From an uncultured bacterium (GTDB lineage: Bacteria > Oederibacteriota > JAAXVQ01), in NCBI GenBank assembly GCA_964593065.1, contig CAZQGO010000001.1, forward strand, positions 350,082 to 414,081: a stretch of 64,000 nt of DNA, written 5' to 3'. Both the position numbers and the translations under genes were made by a program. The notes under the pieces were generated by a model. It was not told the DNA's origin. It worked only from the letters and a program-made list of their open reading frames with translations, and searched no databases. Within the stretch, counting starts at the first letter, position 1, and every line of letters starts with the position of its first letter. Positions 56,931 to 64,000 of the stretch are shown piece by piece.

Positions 56931-57752
56931 ATGCCCTTCACAGTGTTGCTGGTGGACGACGACGCGGATTTCCGGGAGGAGTTTGCCGACGCGTTCGAGG
57001 ACTTCCGGGTTCTGGAAGCCGGCAGCGGGCGGCGGGCCATGGAAATCCTGCAGGGGCCCAATGAGGTGGACCTGGTCGTGCTGGATGTCATGCTGCCGGA
57101 TGCGCGCGGCACCCGCCTGCTGGACAAGATCCGCGCCGCCGCGCCCGGCGTTTCCGTCGTGATTCTGACGGGGTACGGGACCAAGGACGTGGCGGTGGAG
57201 GCGCTCAAGGCGCATGCGGACGAATTCGTGGAAAAACCGTTCGACGTCGCCCGGACCCGGGAAATCCTGGACCGGCTCCTCGACGCCCGCCAGAATCCCG
57301 TGAGCTTGAGCGACGAGGACAGCCGCGGCAAAATCGAGCGGGTCAAGCGCTTCGCGGAGCGCAATTATCACAAGAAGGTGACCCTGAACCACGCCGCCGC
57401 GGCCGTGGGCTTGAGCCCGAAGTATTTAAGCCGGGCCTTTAAGCAGGCCACCGGCATGGGCTTTTCGGACTACCGCCTGTCCTTCAAGGTCCGCCGGGCC
57501 AAAGAGATGCTGTCGCAGACCGGGCGCAGCGTGAGCCAGATTTCCGACGACTTGGGCTATCAGAACCTGGAGACCTTCATCCGCCTGTTCAAACGCTTTA
57601 CCCGCCTGACCCCCTCCGCGTTCCGAGCCCGGCGGCGCCGCGGCGTTTCCGGACGTGAAAAGGCCGCCGCCCGCCCGGCAGCGGGCCGGAACGCGAAATC
57701 CGGCGCGCCCCGGGCCAAGGCCGGGCGGCGGGCACGGCCGCGGAGTGGATAA
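56931..57752 (+). CDS. response regulator with AraC-type HTH output domain
   Basis: The receiver domain is LLVDDDADFREEFADAFEDFRVLEA...DLVVLDVMLPD. The C-terminal AraC HTH carries KVTLNHAAAAVGLSPKYLSRAFKQATGMGFSDY. RBS GGAGGACGG. Confidence 0.8.
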   Translation: MPFTVLLVDDDADFREEFADAFEDFRVLEAGSGRRAMEILQGPNEVDLVVLDVMLPDARGTRLLDKIRAAAPGVSVVILTGYGTKDVAVEALKAHADEFVEKPFDVARTREILDRLLDARQNPVSLSDEDSRGKIERVKRFAERNYHKKVTLNHAAAAVGLSPKYLSRAFKQATGMGFSDYRLSFKVRRAKEMLSQTGRSVSQISDDLGYQNLETFIRLFKRFTRLTPSAFRARRRRGVSGREKAAARPAAGRNAKSGAPRAKAGRRARPRSG

Positions 57753-57843
57753 ACATCGGCGAAAAGTGGAAGCGCCGGCTTTTTCGCCGCTGGCCGGTGC
57801 TGCTACCATGCCAGCAAGAACCGGCTCCGTAAAGGAGGGGAAA

Positions 57844-58230
57844 ATGGAAGGCTCGAAAATTCTCATTATTGACGACGATCCGGAGTATTTGGAGGAACTG
57901 GGCGGCATGCTGAGGGAATCCGGCTACGCGGTGGATATCCTGAATGACAGCACCCGGGCCCTGGACAAGGTCAAGGCCTTTCAACCGGACCTCGTCCTGC
58001 TCGACCTGAAAATGCCGGTGAAGTCGGGGTTCGAAGTGGCCGCGGAGCTCCGGGCCGACGCCGGCACGCGGGAGACGCGCGTCATCGCGGTTACGGGTCA
58101 TTATACCGAGAGGGAGAAGCGCCAGCTGATGCAGCAATACGCCCTGGAACGGATCCTCTTGAAACCCCTCAAACCGCTGGACGTCATCGCGCAGGTGGAG
58201 GAAGTGCTGAGGGAACGGCGGTCGTCCTGA
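57844..58230 (+). CDS. single-domain CheY-like response regulator
   Basis: ILIIDDDPEYLEEL...DLVLLDLKMP...AVTGH. 128 aa. RBS AAGGAGGGG. Confidence 0.8.
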   Translation: MEGSKILIIDDDPEYLEELGGMLRESGYAVDILNDSTRALDKVKAFQPDLVLLDLKMPVKSGFEVAAELRADAGTRETRVIAVTGHYTEREKRQLMQQYALERILLKPLKPLDVIAQVEEVLRERRSS

Positions 58231-58352
58231 ACCGCGGCGGGTTTTGCACCTGCCGGCGGGTGGAGGAAAGGCTTCCGCCGCACGGCGGCCTATGCGCGGC
58301 GGCTGCCGGACGGGCGCTCGTATCTCGTACATCAAACAAGGAGGCAATTTCC

Positions 58353-58748
58353 ATGCAGGAGTTCAAAACGTTGTATCAGAGTGCGGACTGGAAAGCGGAG
58401 AAACACGTCCCGGTCATCGAGGCGCCCGACCGGGTGAAAAAGGGCGCCGAGGTGGAGGTCACGGTCACGGTCGGCAAGGAAATCCCCCATCCCAACAAGA
58501 CCGAGCACCACATCCGCTGGATCGCGGTGTATTTCCAGCCCGAGGGTGAGAAATTCCCCTACCAGCTCGGCAAGGCGGAATTCACGGCCCACGGCGAGTC
58601 CACCCAGGGCCCGGACACGAGCGGCGTGTATTCCGATCCCGAGGTTTCCCTGTGCTTCAAAACCACCAAGCCCGGAACGCTCTATGCCGGCGCCTATTGC
58701 AACATCCACGGGTTGTGGCAGAACGCCAAATCCCTGGGCGTCGAGTAG
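58353..58748 (+). CDS. superoxide reductase (neelaredoxin/1Fe-SOR type)
   Basis: KHVPVIE...H...H...CNIHGLW: the SOR iron-centre motif CN(I/L)HGxW. 131 aa. RBS AAGGAGG. Confidence 0.8.
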   Translation: MQEFKTLYQSADWKAEKHVPVIEAPDRVKKGAEVEVTVTVGKEIPHPNKTEHHIRWIAVYFQPEGEKFPYQLGKAEFTAHGESTQGPDTSGVYSDPEVSLCFKTTKPGTLYAGAYCNIHGLWQNAKSLGVE

Positions 58749-58888
58749 CGGCCGCCTTCCGTCTCCGCCGCCGGGCTCGCCCGGCCGTGGCCGGAGGCGG
58801 GGCCGGGAGGGAGCGGGAGCTTGACATTCCAGACGACGCCGGGGACGGGGGAGGGAAACACCCGCCGGGCGCGAAAGGCAGGTTGCGC

Positions 58889-60604
58889 ATGCGTGAGGAA
58901 ATCAATCTGATCATCACCGGAGAAGCGGGGCAAGGCCTGCAGACCATCGGCAACGCCCTGGGGAAGTTATTCCAGCGGACGGGTTACCACCTGTTCACGG
59001 ACCAGGATTACATGTCCCGGGTCCGGGGCGGAAACAATTTTTACCGCCTGCGCGTGGCCTCCCGCCCCGTGTACGCTCCCCGGGAGCGGGCCGACCTGGT
59101 CGTCTGCCTGGACCGCGAAAGCGTGGAGCGGCAGGCCGGCAAGGCGGCCGGCGGCGGCCTGGTGGTGCTGGATCAAAAAACCTTCCAGCTGGAGGCCAGG
59201 GGTCCGGAATATTTCGACGTGCCCCTGCACGACCTGGCCGAGCGGCACGGGGGCAGCGCGCTCTACATGAACTCCGTGGCCAGCGGGCTGGTGGCCGGGT
59301 TGCTGCGGATGGACTTCGACCCGGTGGAACGGATCATCCGCGCCAGCTTCGCCGGCAAGCCGGACGAGGTCGTGGACAAGAACGTCAACTCGGCCCGGGC
59401 CGGATACGACCACGGCCGCGGGCATTTCCGGGACGACCGCTTTGCGCTTCCCCCCGGCAAGCCGCGGGAGACCCTGCTGTTCAACGGCAGCGAAGCCATC
59501 GGCCTGGGGGCCATCGCGGCCGGATGCAAGTTTTATTCCGCCTATCCCATGACGCCTTCCACCGGCGTGCTGAATTTTTTGGCCCACAACATGCAAGCCT
59601 ACGGCATCTTGGTGGAGCAGGCGGAAGACGAGCTCGCCGCCGTCAACATGGCCCTGGGCGCCTCCTTCGCGGGCGCGCGCGCCATGACCGGCACTTCGGG
59701 CGGGGGGTTCGCGCTCATGACCGAGGGCTTGAGCCTGGCGGCCATGACCGAGACGCCCATCGTGATCATGGATTCCCAGCGCCCGGCCCCGGCCACGGGC
59801 TTTCCCACGCGCACCGAGCAGGCGGACCTGGACCTGGTGCTGCACGCCGGGCACGGGGAATTCGCCCGCGCGATTTTCGCGCCCGGCACGCCGGAAGAAG
59901 CCTTCCACCTGACCCGGCGCGCCTTCAACCTGGCGGAAAAGTACCAGGTGCCGGTCATCATTTTGAACGACCAGCACCTGGCGGACTGCACCCGGGACCT
60001 GCCCGGCCTCGACTTGGAGCGCGAGCCGGTCGAACGCCACCTGCTGCCCCGGGGTGCGAAAGCCGGGGGCTATCAGCGGTACGCGCTTACGCCCGACGGC
60101 GTGAGCCCGCGGGCGGTTCCTTCATGGCTCGAAACCCCGATCTGGGCGGACAGCGATGAACACACCGAGGAAGGCCACATCACCGAGGACGGCGCGCTCC
60201 GCGTCCGCATGGTGGAGAAGCGCCTGAACCTGAAAATGGCGGGCCTGGCCCGGGAGGTCGTGCCGCCCACCGTAAGCAACGCGGACGGGGCGGACCTGGT
60301 GCTGGTGGGCTTCGGATCCAATTACGGGGTCCTGCGGGAAACCGCGGAAGCCTCCCCGGGCGGGAAGAAGGTGGGGTTTGTCCACCTGTCCCAGGTCTGG
60401 CCGTTTCCCGCCGCGGAGGTGATTGCGGCGCTGCAAAACGCGCGCAAATTCCTGGTGGTGGAAAACAACGCCACCGGCCAGCTGGCCCGGTTGCTGCAGC
60501 GCGAGACGGGCTTAAGCCCGAACGGGAGGATCCTGCAGTACGACGGCAGGCCCTTTACCCTCGAGGGGCTGGCCCGAAAAATCGAAAGCGAGCTTGCGTC
60601 ATGA
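58889..60604 (+). CDS. korA: 2-oxoacid:ferredoxin oxidoreductase alpha subunit with fused N-terminal gamma-like domain
   Basis: The N-terminal gamma-domain motif is IITGEAGQGLQTIGN. The alpha core carries GSEAIGLGAIAAGCKFYSAYPMTPST. Confidence 0.85.
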   Translation: MREEINLIITGEAGQGLQTIGNALGKLFQRTGYHLFTDQDYMSRVRGGNNFYRLRVASRPVYAPRERADLVVCLDRESVERQAGKAAGGGLVVLDQKTFQLEARGPEYFDVPLHDLAERHGGSALYMNSVASGLVAGLLRMDFDPVERIIRASFAGKPDEVVDKNVNSARAGYDHGRGHFRDDRFALPPGKPRETLLFNGSEAIGLGAIAAGCKFYSAYPMTPSTGVLNFLAHNMQAYGILVEQAEDELAAVNMALGASFAGARAMTGTSGGGFALMTEGLSLAAMTETPIVIMDSQRPAPATGFPTRTEQADLDLVLHAGHGEFARAIFAPGTPEEAFHLTRRAFNLAEKYQVPVIILNDQHLADCTRDLPGLDLEREPVERHLLPRGAKAGGYQRYALTPDGVSPRAVPSWLETPIWADSDEHTEEGHITEDGALRVRMVEKRLNLKMAGLAREVVPPTVSNADGADLVLVGFGSNYGVLRETAEASPGGKKVGFVHLSQVWPFPAAEVIAALQNARKFLVVENNATGQLARLLQRETGLSPNGRILQYDGRPFTLEGLARKIESELAS

Positions 60605-61452
60605 AATCCCAGGACTACAAAACCTCAGACGAAATCGCCTGGTGCCCGGGGTGCGGCAATTTCGGCATCTGGAACGCGGTGCGGGCCTCCCTGGCGGAGA
60701 TGAACCTGGCTCCCAAGGACGTTTTGCTGGTCTCGGGCATCGGGCAGGCGGCCAAGCTGCCGCACTACGTTCAGGCCAACTGCTTCAACGGCCTGCACGG
60801 CCGCGCCCTGCCCGTGGCCGCGGCCGCCAAGATGGCCAACCCCAAGCTCACCGTCATCGTGACCACCGGCGACGGGGACTGTTACGGCGAGGGCGGCAAT
60901 CATCTCCTGCACAACATCCGGCGCAACGTGGACCTCACGGTCCTGGTGCACGACAACCAGATTTACGGCCTGACCAAGGGCCAGGCTTCGCCGACCACGG
61001 ACCCGGGCACCCGCACCAAAGTCCAGACCGGAGGCGTGATTCTCGCGCCCTTCCAGCCCCTGGAAGTGGCCATCGCGCTGGGCGCCGGGTTCGTGGCCCG
61101 CGGGTACACCAAGGACCAGGCCCTTCTCTCCGGCCTCATCCAGGAGGCGGTGCGGCACCGCGGTTTCGCGCTGGTCGACATCCTGCAGCCCTGCGTGTCG
61201 TTCAACAAGAAGAACACCTACGCCTGGTACGACAAACGAGTTTATACGCTCGGGGCGGAGTATGACCCGGCCGACAAGGCCGCGGCCTACGTCAAGGCCG
61301 CGGAGTGGGGCGACCGCATTCCCCTGGGCGTGCTCTACCGCCGGGAGTCGCCCACCTACGCGGATCAAAGCGGCTGGGCGGACAAACCGCCGCTGGTCGA
61401 AGCGGACATCAGCCGGGTGGACGTATCCCCCCTGCTGGCGGAATTCCGCTAG
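60601..61452 (+). CDS. korB: 2-oxoacid:ferredoxin oxidoreductase beta subunit (TPP-binding)
   Basis: WCPGCGNFGI and the TPP motif GDGDCYGEGGNH. ATGA overlap with korA. Confidence 0.9.
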   Translation: MKSQDYKTSDEIAWCPGCGNFGIWNAVRASLAEMNLAPKDVLLVSGIGQAAKLPHYVQANCFNGLHGRALPVAAAAKMANPKLTVIVTTGDGDCYGEGGNHLLHNIRRNVDLTVLVHDNQIYGLTKGQASPTTDPGTRTKVQTGGVILAPFQPLEVAIALGAGFVARGYTKDQALLSGLIQEAVRHRGFALVDILQPCVSFNKKNTYAWYDKRVYTLGAEYDPADKAAAYVKAAEWGDRIPLGVLYRRESPTYADQSGWADKPPLVEADISRVDVSPLLAEFR

Positions 61453-61611
61453 GCCCGGCGGCGTCCGGGCAAAGCGCCCTCGCCCCCGTTTAAGCCGCCG
61501 CGCGCTTTGCATTTGACGGGGAGGGGTGCCGGCGGTACAATTGGCCCGCGGCCGACCCGCCGGCGTTGCCACCGTCCGCGGGGAGTCTGCGGGCCGCCTC
61601 GAGGGCTTGCT

Positions 61612-63648
61612 ATGAAGGGCTCATCTCCATTCCGGACGTCGCCGGTCGCGTCCCGGCCCCTGCACTCCTTGGCCTCCCGGCAGGTCTCCCTGCTGGTTCT
61701 CACGGCCCAAATCGCCGTCCTCGTGGCCGTACTGGCCGTGCTGCACACCCATCACTATCTCCTGTTCCACACCCTGGCGGAAATGTTCAGCGTGGTCGTC
61801 GGCGGCGCCATCTTCCTGGTGGCCTGGAACACCCGCCGTTTCGTGGACACGGATTATTTCCTGTTGATCGGAACCGGCTACCTGTTCGTTTCCATCCTCG
61901 ACACGCTGCATACGCTGGCTTACCAGGGCATGACCGTATTGCCGGGCGCCGGCGCCGACTTAGCCGCGCAATTGTGGATTCAGGCCCGCTTCCTGGAAGC
62001 CCTGGGGCTCCTCGCGGCGCCGTTTTTCCTGGGCCGCCGGATCCGCGCCGGCACCCTGCTGGCCGGGTTCGCGGCGCTGACCCTCCTGGGCCTGGCCTCC
62101 CTGTTCTGGTGGCACGACTTTCCCGTGTGTTTCCGGGCGGGCAGCGGCCTGACCGGTTTCAAAATCGGCGCCGAATATTTCATCATGGCCATGTTGTTGC
62201 TGGCGTTTTGGCGCCTGCGCACGATCCCGGAAAAGATGGGCGCGGATTCGACCCGGTACATCCAGGCTGCGATCGTTGTCACGGTCTTCTCGGAATTGCT
62301 GTTCACCCTGTATCACGGGCCCTACGGCATCCACAATTACTGGGGGCACATCTTCAAGGTCGTGTCCTTCTTGCTGCTGTACAAGGGAATTGTGGAAGGC
62401 AGCCTGGCGCGCCCCTATGACAATCTGTTCCGCAACCTGGCGGAAGGCGAAAAGAGGTTTCGCCTGGCCATCGAATACTTTCCGCGCTCCTTCCTCATCT
62501 ACGACAGGGAGCGCCGCATCCGGTACATCAATCCCTATGCGGTCCGGCTCACGGGACTGCCGGAGGAAAAAATCCTCGGCCGCCGCGACGAGGACATCCT
62601 GCCGCCGGAGATCACCAGCCAGTATCTGCCGCAACTTCAAAGGGTTTTTCAGGAAATGCAGCCGCTGGTCTTCGACCTGCACAGCCGGCTGCCGGGCGGC
62701 GAGGTTTACATGCGGGTCCACTGCATCCCGCAGACGGACGAACGGGGCCGGATCGAGCAGGTCTTTTGCATCAGCCAGGACATCATGGACCTGAAAAAGA
62801 CCGAGGAACTGCTGTGGCAGGACAACGAACGGCTCGAGGCCCTGGTGAACGAGCGGGCCCGCGAGCTGTCCGAGACCCAGGTCGAACTGGAGCGCAACCG
62901 GCGGCTGTCCGACCTCGGCATGCTCGCCGCGGGCATCGCCCACGATCTGCGCAACCCCCTGGGCGTGATCGTCACGGCCCTGTTCAACCTGCGGCGGAAA
63001 AACACCGATCCGGCGCTGGACCGCCATTTCGACAATATCGCCAAGAAAGTGGAGGAGAGCGAGCGCATCATCCGCAACCTCCTCCAATACGCGCGCGTCC
63101 AGCCCCCGGAACTCGAGGCCGTGGACCTGGGCGCCCTGCTCGAAGAACGCGTGGAGGCCGCGACCGCCCGCTATGCCCGGGGGACGATGGAGGTGCGGCT
63201 GGAAGTTTCATCCTTGCGGGGGACCAGCCTCTGGGCGGACGCCACCCAGCTCGGCCAGGTGGTCGACAATCTGCTCGACAATGCCTTTCAAATCCTGGAG
63301 CGGGACGGAGGCCGGTTTTTCATTCACGGCGCCTGCGACGGCGCCTACACGGTGGTCCGGTTCGAAGACAACGGGCCGGGCCTGCCGCCCGGGGAAGAGG
63401 AGCGGATTTTCCAGCCGTTTTTTTCCCGGCGTTCCAAGGGCACGGGGCTCGGCCTGGCCATCAGCCGGCAGATCGTGGAGCTGCACCAGGGAACCTTAAC
63501 GGCGGTGAACCTGCCCGCGGGCGGGGCGTGTTTCATCCTGAGCCTGCCCCGTCAGGCGCCGCCCGATCCGGCGCCGCCCGCCGTCGGCGGGGACGTCTCC
63601 GCGACGACCGCCGCCGGTACCCGCAAAACCGCCCTCGAGCCGGAATGA
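61612..63648 (+). CDS. sensor histidine kinase (polytopic N-terminal membrane sensor domain, PAS, HisKA, HATPase_c)
   Basis: About 8 TM helices at the N-terminus. A PAS domain (RYINPYAVRLTGLPEEKILGR...). HisKA IAHDLRNPL. HATPase N/G boxes (DNLLDNAFQ, DNGPGL, GTGLGL). Confidence 0.8.
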   Translation: MKGSSPFRTSPVASRPLHSLASRQVSLLVLTAQIAVLVAVLAVLHTHHYLLFHTLAEMFSVVVGGAIFLVAWNTRRFVDTDYFLLIGTGYLFVSILDTLHTLAYQGMTVLPGAGADLAAQLWIQARFLEALGLLAAPFFLGRRIRAGTLLAGFAALTLLGLASLFWWHDFPVCFRAGSGLTGFKIGAEYFIMAMLLLAFWRLRTIPEKMGADSTRYIQAAIVVTVFSELLFTLYHGPYGIHNYWGHIFKVVSFLLLYKGIVEGSLARPYDNLFRNLAEGEKRFRLAIEYFPRSFLIYDRERRIRYINPYAVRLTGLPEEKILGRRDEDILPPEITSQYLPQLQRVFQEMQPLVFDLHSRLPGGEVYMRVHCIPQTDERGRIEQVFCISQDIMDLKKTEELLWQDNERLEALVNERARELSETQVELERNRRLSDLGMLAAGIAHDLRNPLGVIVTALFNLRRKNTDPALDRHFDNIAKKVEESERIIRNLLQYARVQPPELEAVDLGALLEERVEAATARYARGTMEVRLEVSSLRGTSLWADATQLGQVVDNLLDNAFQILERDGGRFFIHGACDGAYTVVRFEDNGPGLPPGEEERIFQPFFSRRSKGTGLGLAISRQIVELHQGTLTAVNLPAGGACFILSLPRQAPPDPAPPAVGGDVSATTAAGTRKTALEPE

Positions 63649-63680
63649 TTTCGCCGCCCGGCCCCCACCGGCGCTGATTT

Positions 63681-64000
63681 TCACCCGCCGGTTTTCGGCG
63701 CGGCCTCCGCTGCCCGCGGAGCCCCGGGCCGCATCTCCAATCTCGCCTTGGGCAGGCTCTCCGGAAATTCCCGCTGCAGGTAGGCCAGCAGGCGCTCCCG
63801 CACGTGGCATCTCAAGTCCCAGGCCTGCGGGGAATTGGGCGCGCTCATCAGGGCGCGCAACTCCACGGCGCGTTCGCTGGTGTTGGTCACCTGCAGGTTC
63901 CAAACCTTCCCGTCCCACAAACCGGAGGCCGCGAGCACGCGGTGCAGTTCTTCCCGCACCGCCGCCACCGGCACCGTGTAGTCCACGTAAAAAAAGACCG
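63681..64000 (-). CDS. mechanosensitive channel MscS-family protein, C-terminal part (N-terminus beyond window)
   Basis: The C-terminal MscS-like domain is DYTVPVAAVREELHRVLAASGLW...VWNLQVTNTSERAVELRAL...VRERLLAYLQREFPESLP. The frame stays open to the window edge. Confidence 0.4.
   Translation of the reverse strand, partial: VFFYVDYTVPVAAVREELHRVLAASGLWDGKVWNLQVTNTSERAVELRALMSAPNSPQAWDLRCHVRERLLAYLQREFPESLPKARLEMRPGAPRAAEAAPKTGG

Noticed and set aside
1-64000. CRISPR arrays, rRNA/tRNA genes, IS elements, toxin-antitoxin pairs
   Set aside because: I found no regularly spaced direct repeats with unique spacers, no cloverleaf-compatible segments, and no transposase- or integrase-like ORFs. The only large repeats are the 420-bp duplicate and the two copies of the leader element.

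Overview
This is a high-GC (about 65-70%) bacterial chromosomal window. The gene content points to an anaerobe, probably deltaproteobacterium-like: superoxide reductase, 2-oxoacid:ferredoxin oxidoreductase and several radical SAM enzymes. I found no rRNA, tRNA, CRISPR, transposase or integrase.

Main blocks, left to right:
(1) 0.9-21.6 kb: a large glycan biosynthesis, decoration and export cluster. It holds a B12-binding radical SAM, two GT2 glycosyltransferases, two paralogous PMT/TMTC-like GT-C membrane proteins that flank a radical SAM/SPASM enzyme, and a 1671-aa multidomain protein (two SAM methyltransferase domains, coiled coil, three tandem repeats, a WbsX-like domain, a GT4 domain). It also holds an MBOAT O-acyltransferase with an AlgJ/AlgX-like partner, a Wzm/Wzt ABC-2 exporter and a further GT-A glycosyltransferase. 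Several gene pairs are translationally coupled through ATGA overlaps.
(2) 21.6-31 kb: housekeeping and miscellaneous genes (MFS transporter, FtsH, CBS-pair protein, ATP-grasp enzyme, OmpA-like lipoprotein, asparaginyl-tRNA synthetase, a second B12-radical SAM).
(3) 31.1-33.4 kb: ilvBN, preceded by a complete classical attenuator (promoter, Val-rich leader peptide, intrinsic terminator).
(4) 33.5-35.1 kb: ECF sigma factor, anti-sigma factor and an LTXXQ periplasmic protein.
(5) 36.3-39.6 kb: a stressosome-like RsbR-RsbS-RsbT module with a TusA-like protein, a SemiSWEET and a fused HATPase-PP2C protein.
(6) 40.6-46.7 kb: HrpB helicase, then a TIGR03546/TIGR03545-like pair translationally coupled to an HExxH lipoprotein.
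(7) 46.98-48.2 kb: a 170-bp AT-rich island carrying a perfect sigma70 consensus promoter, driving a DUF2089 operon.
(8) 48.25-55.54 kb: a lapA-like, tamB-like and Omp85 (tamA/bamA-like) block, bracketed by a near-identical ~420-bp direct repeat. One copy is the intact 3' end of an HD-domain gene and the other is a truncated pseudogene fragment.
(9) 55.8-64 kb: D-2-hydroxyacid dehydrogenase, an AraC-type response regulator, a CheY-like protein, superoxide reductase, korAB, a PAS histidine kinase and a partial MscS-like gene.

Two copies of an unclassified structured element sit in the 5' leaders of the MBOAT and CBS genes. Many long ORFs in the six-frame track are antisense or N-terminally over-extended artefacts of the high GC content. 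I re-derived starts from RBS position and frame arithmetic.
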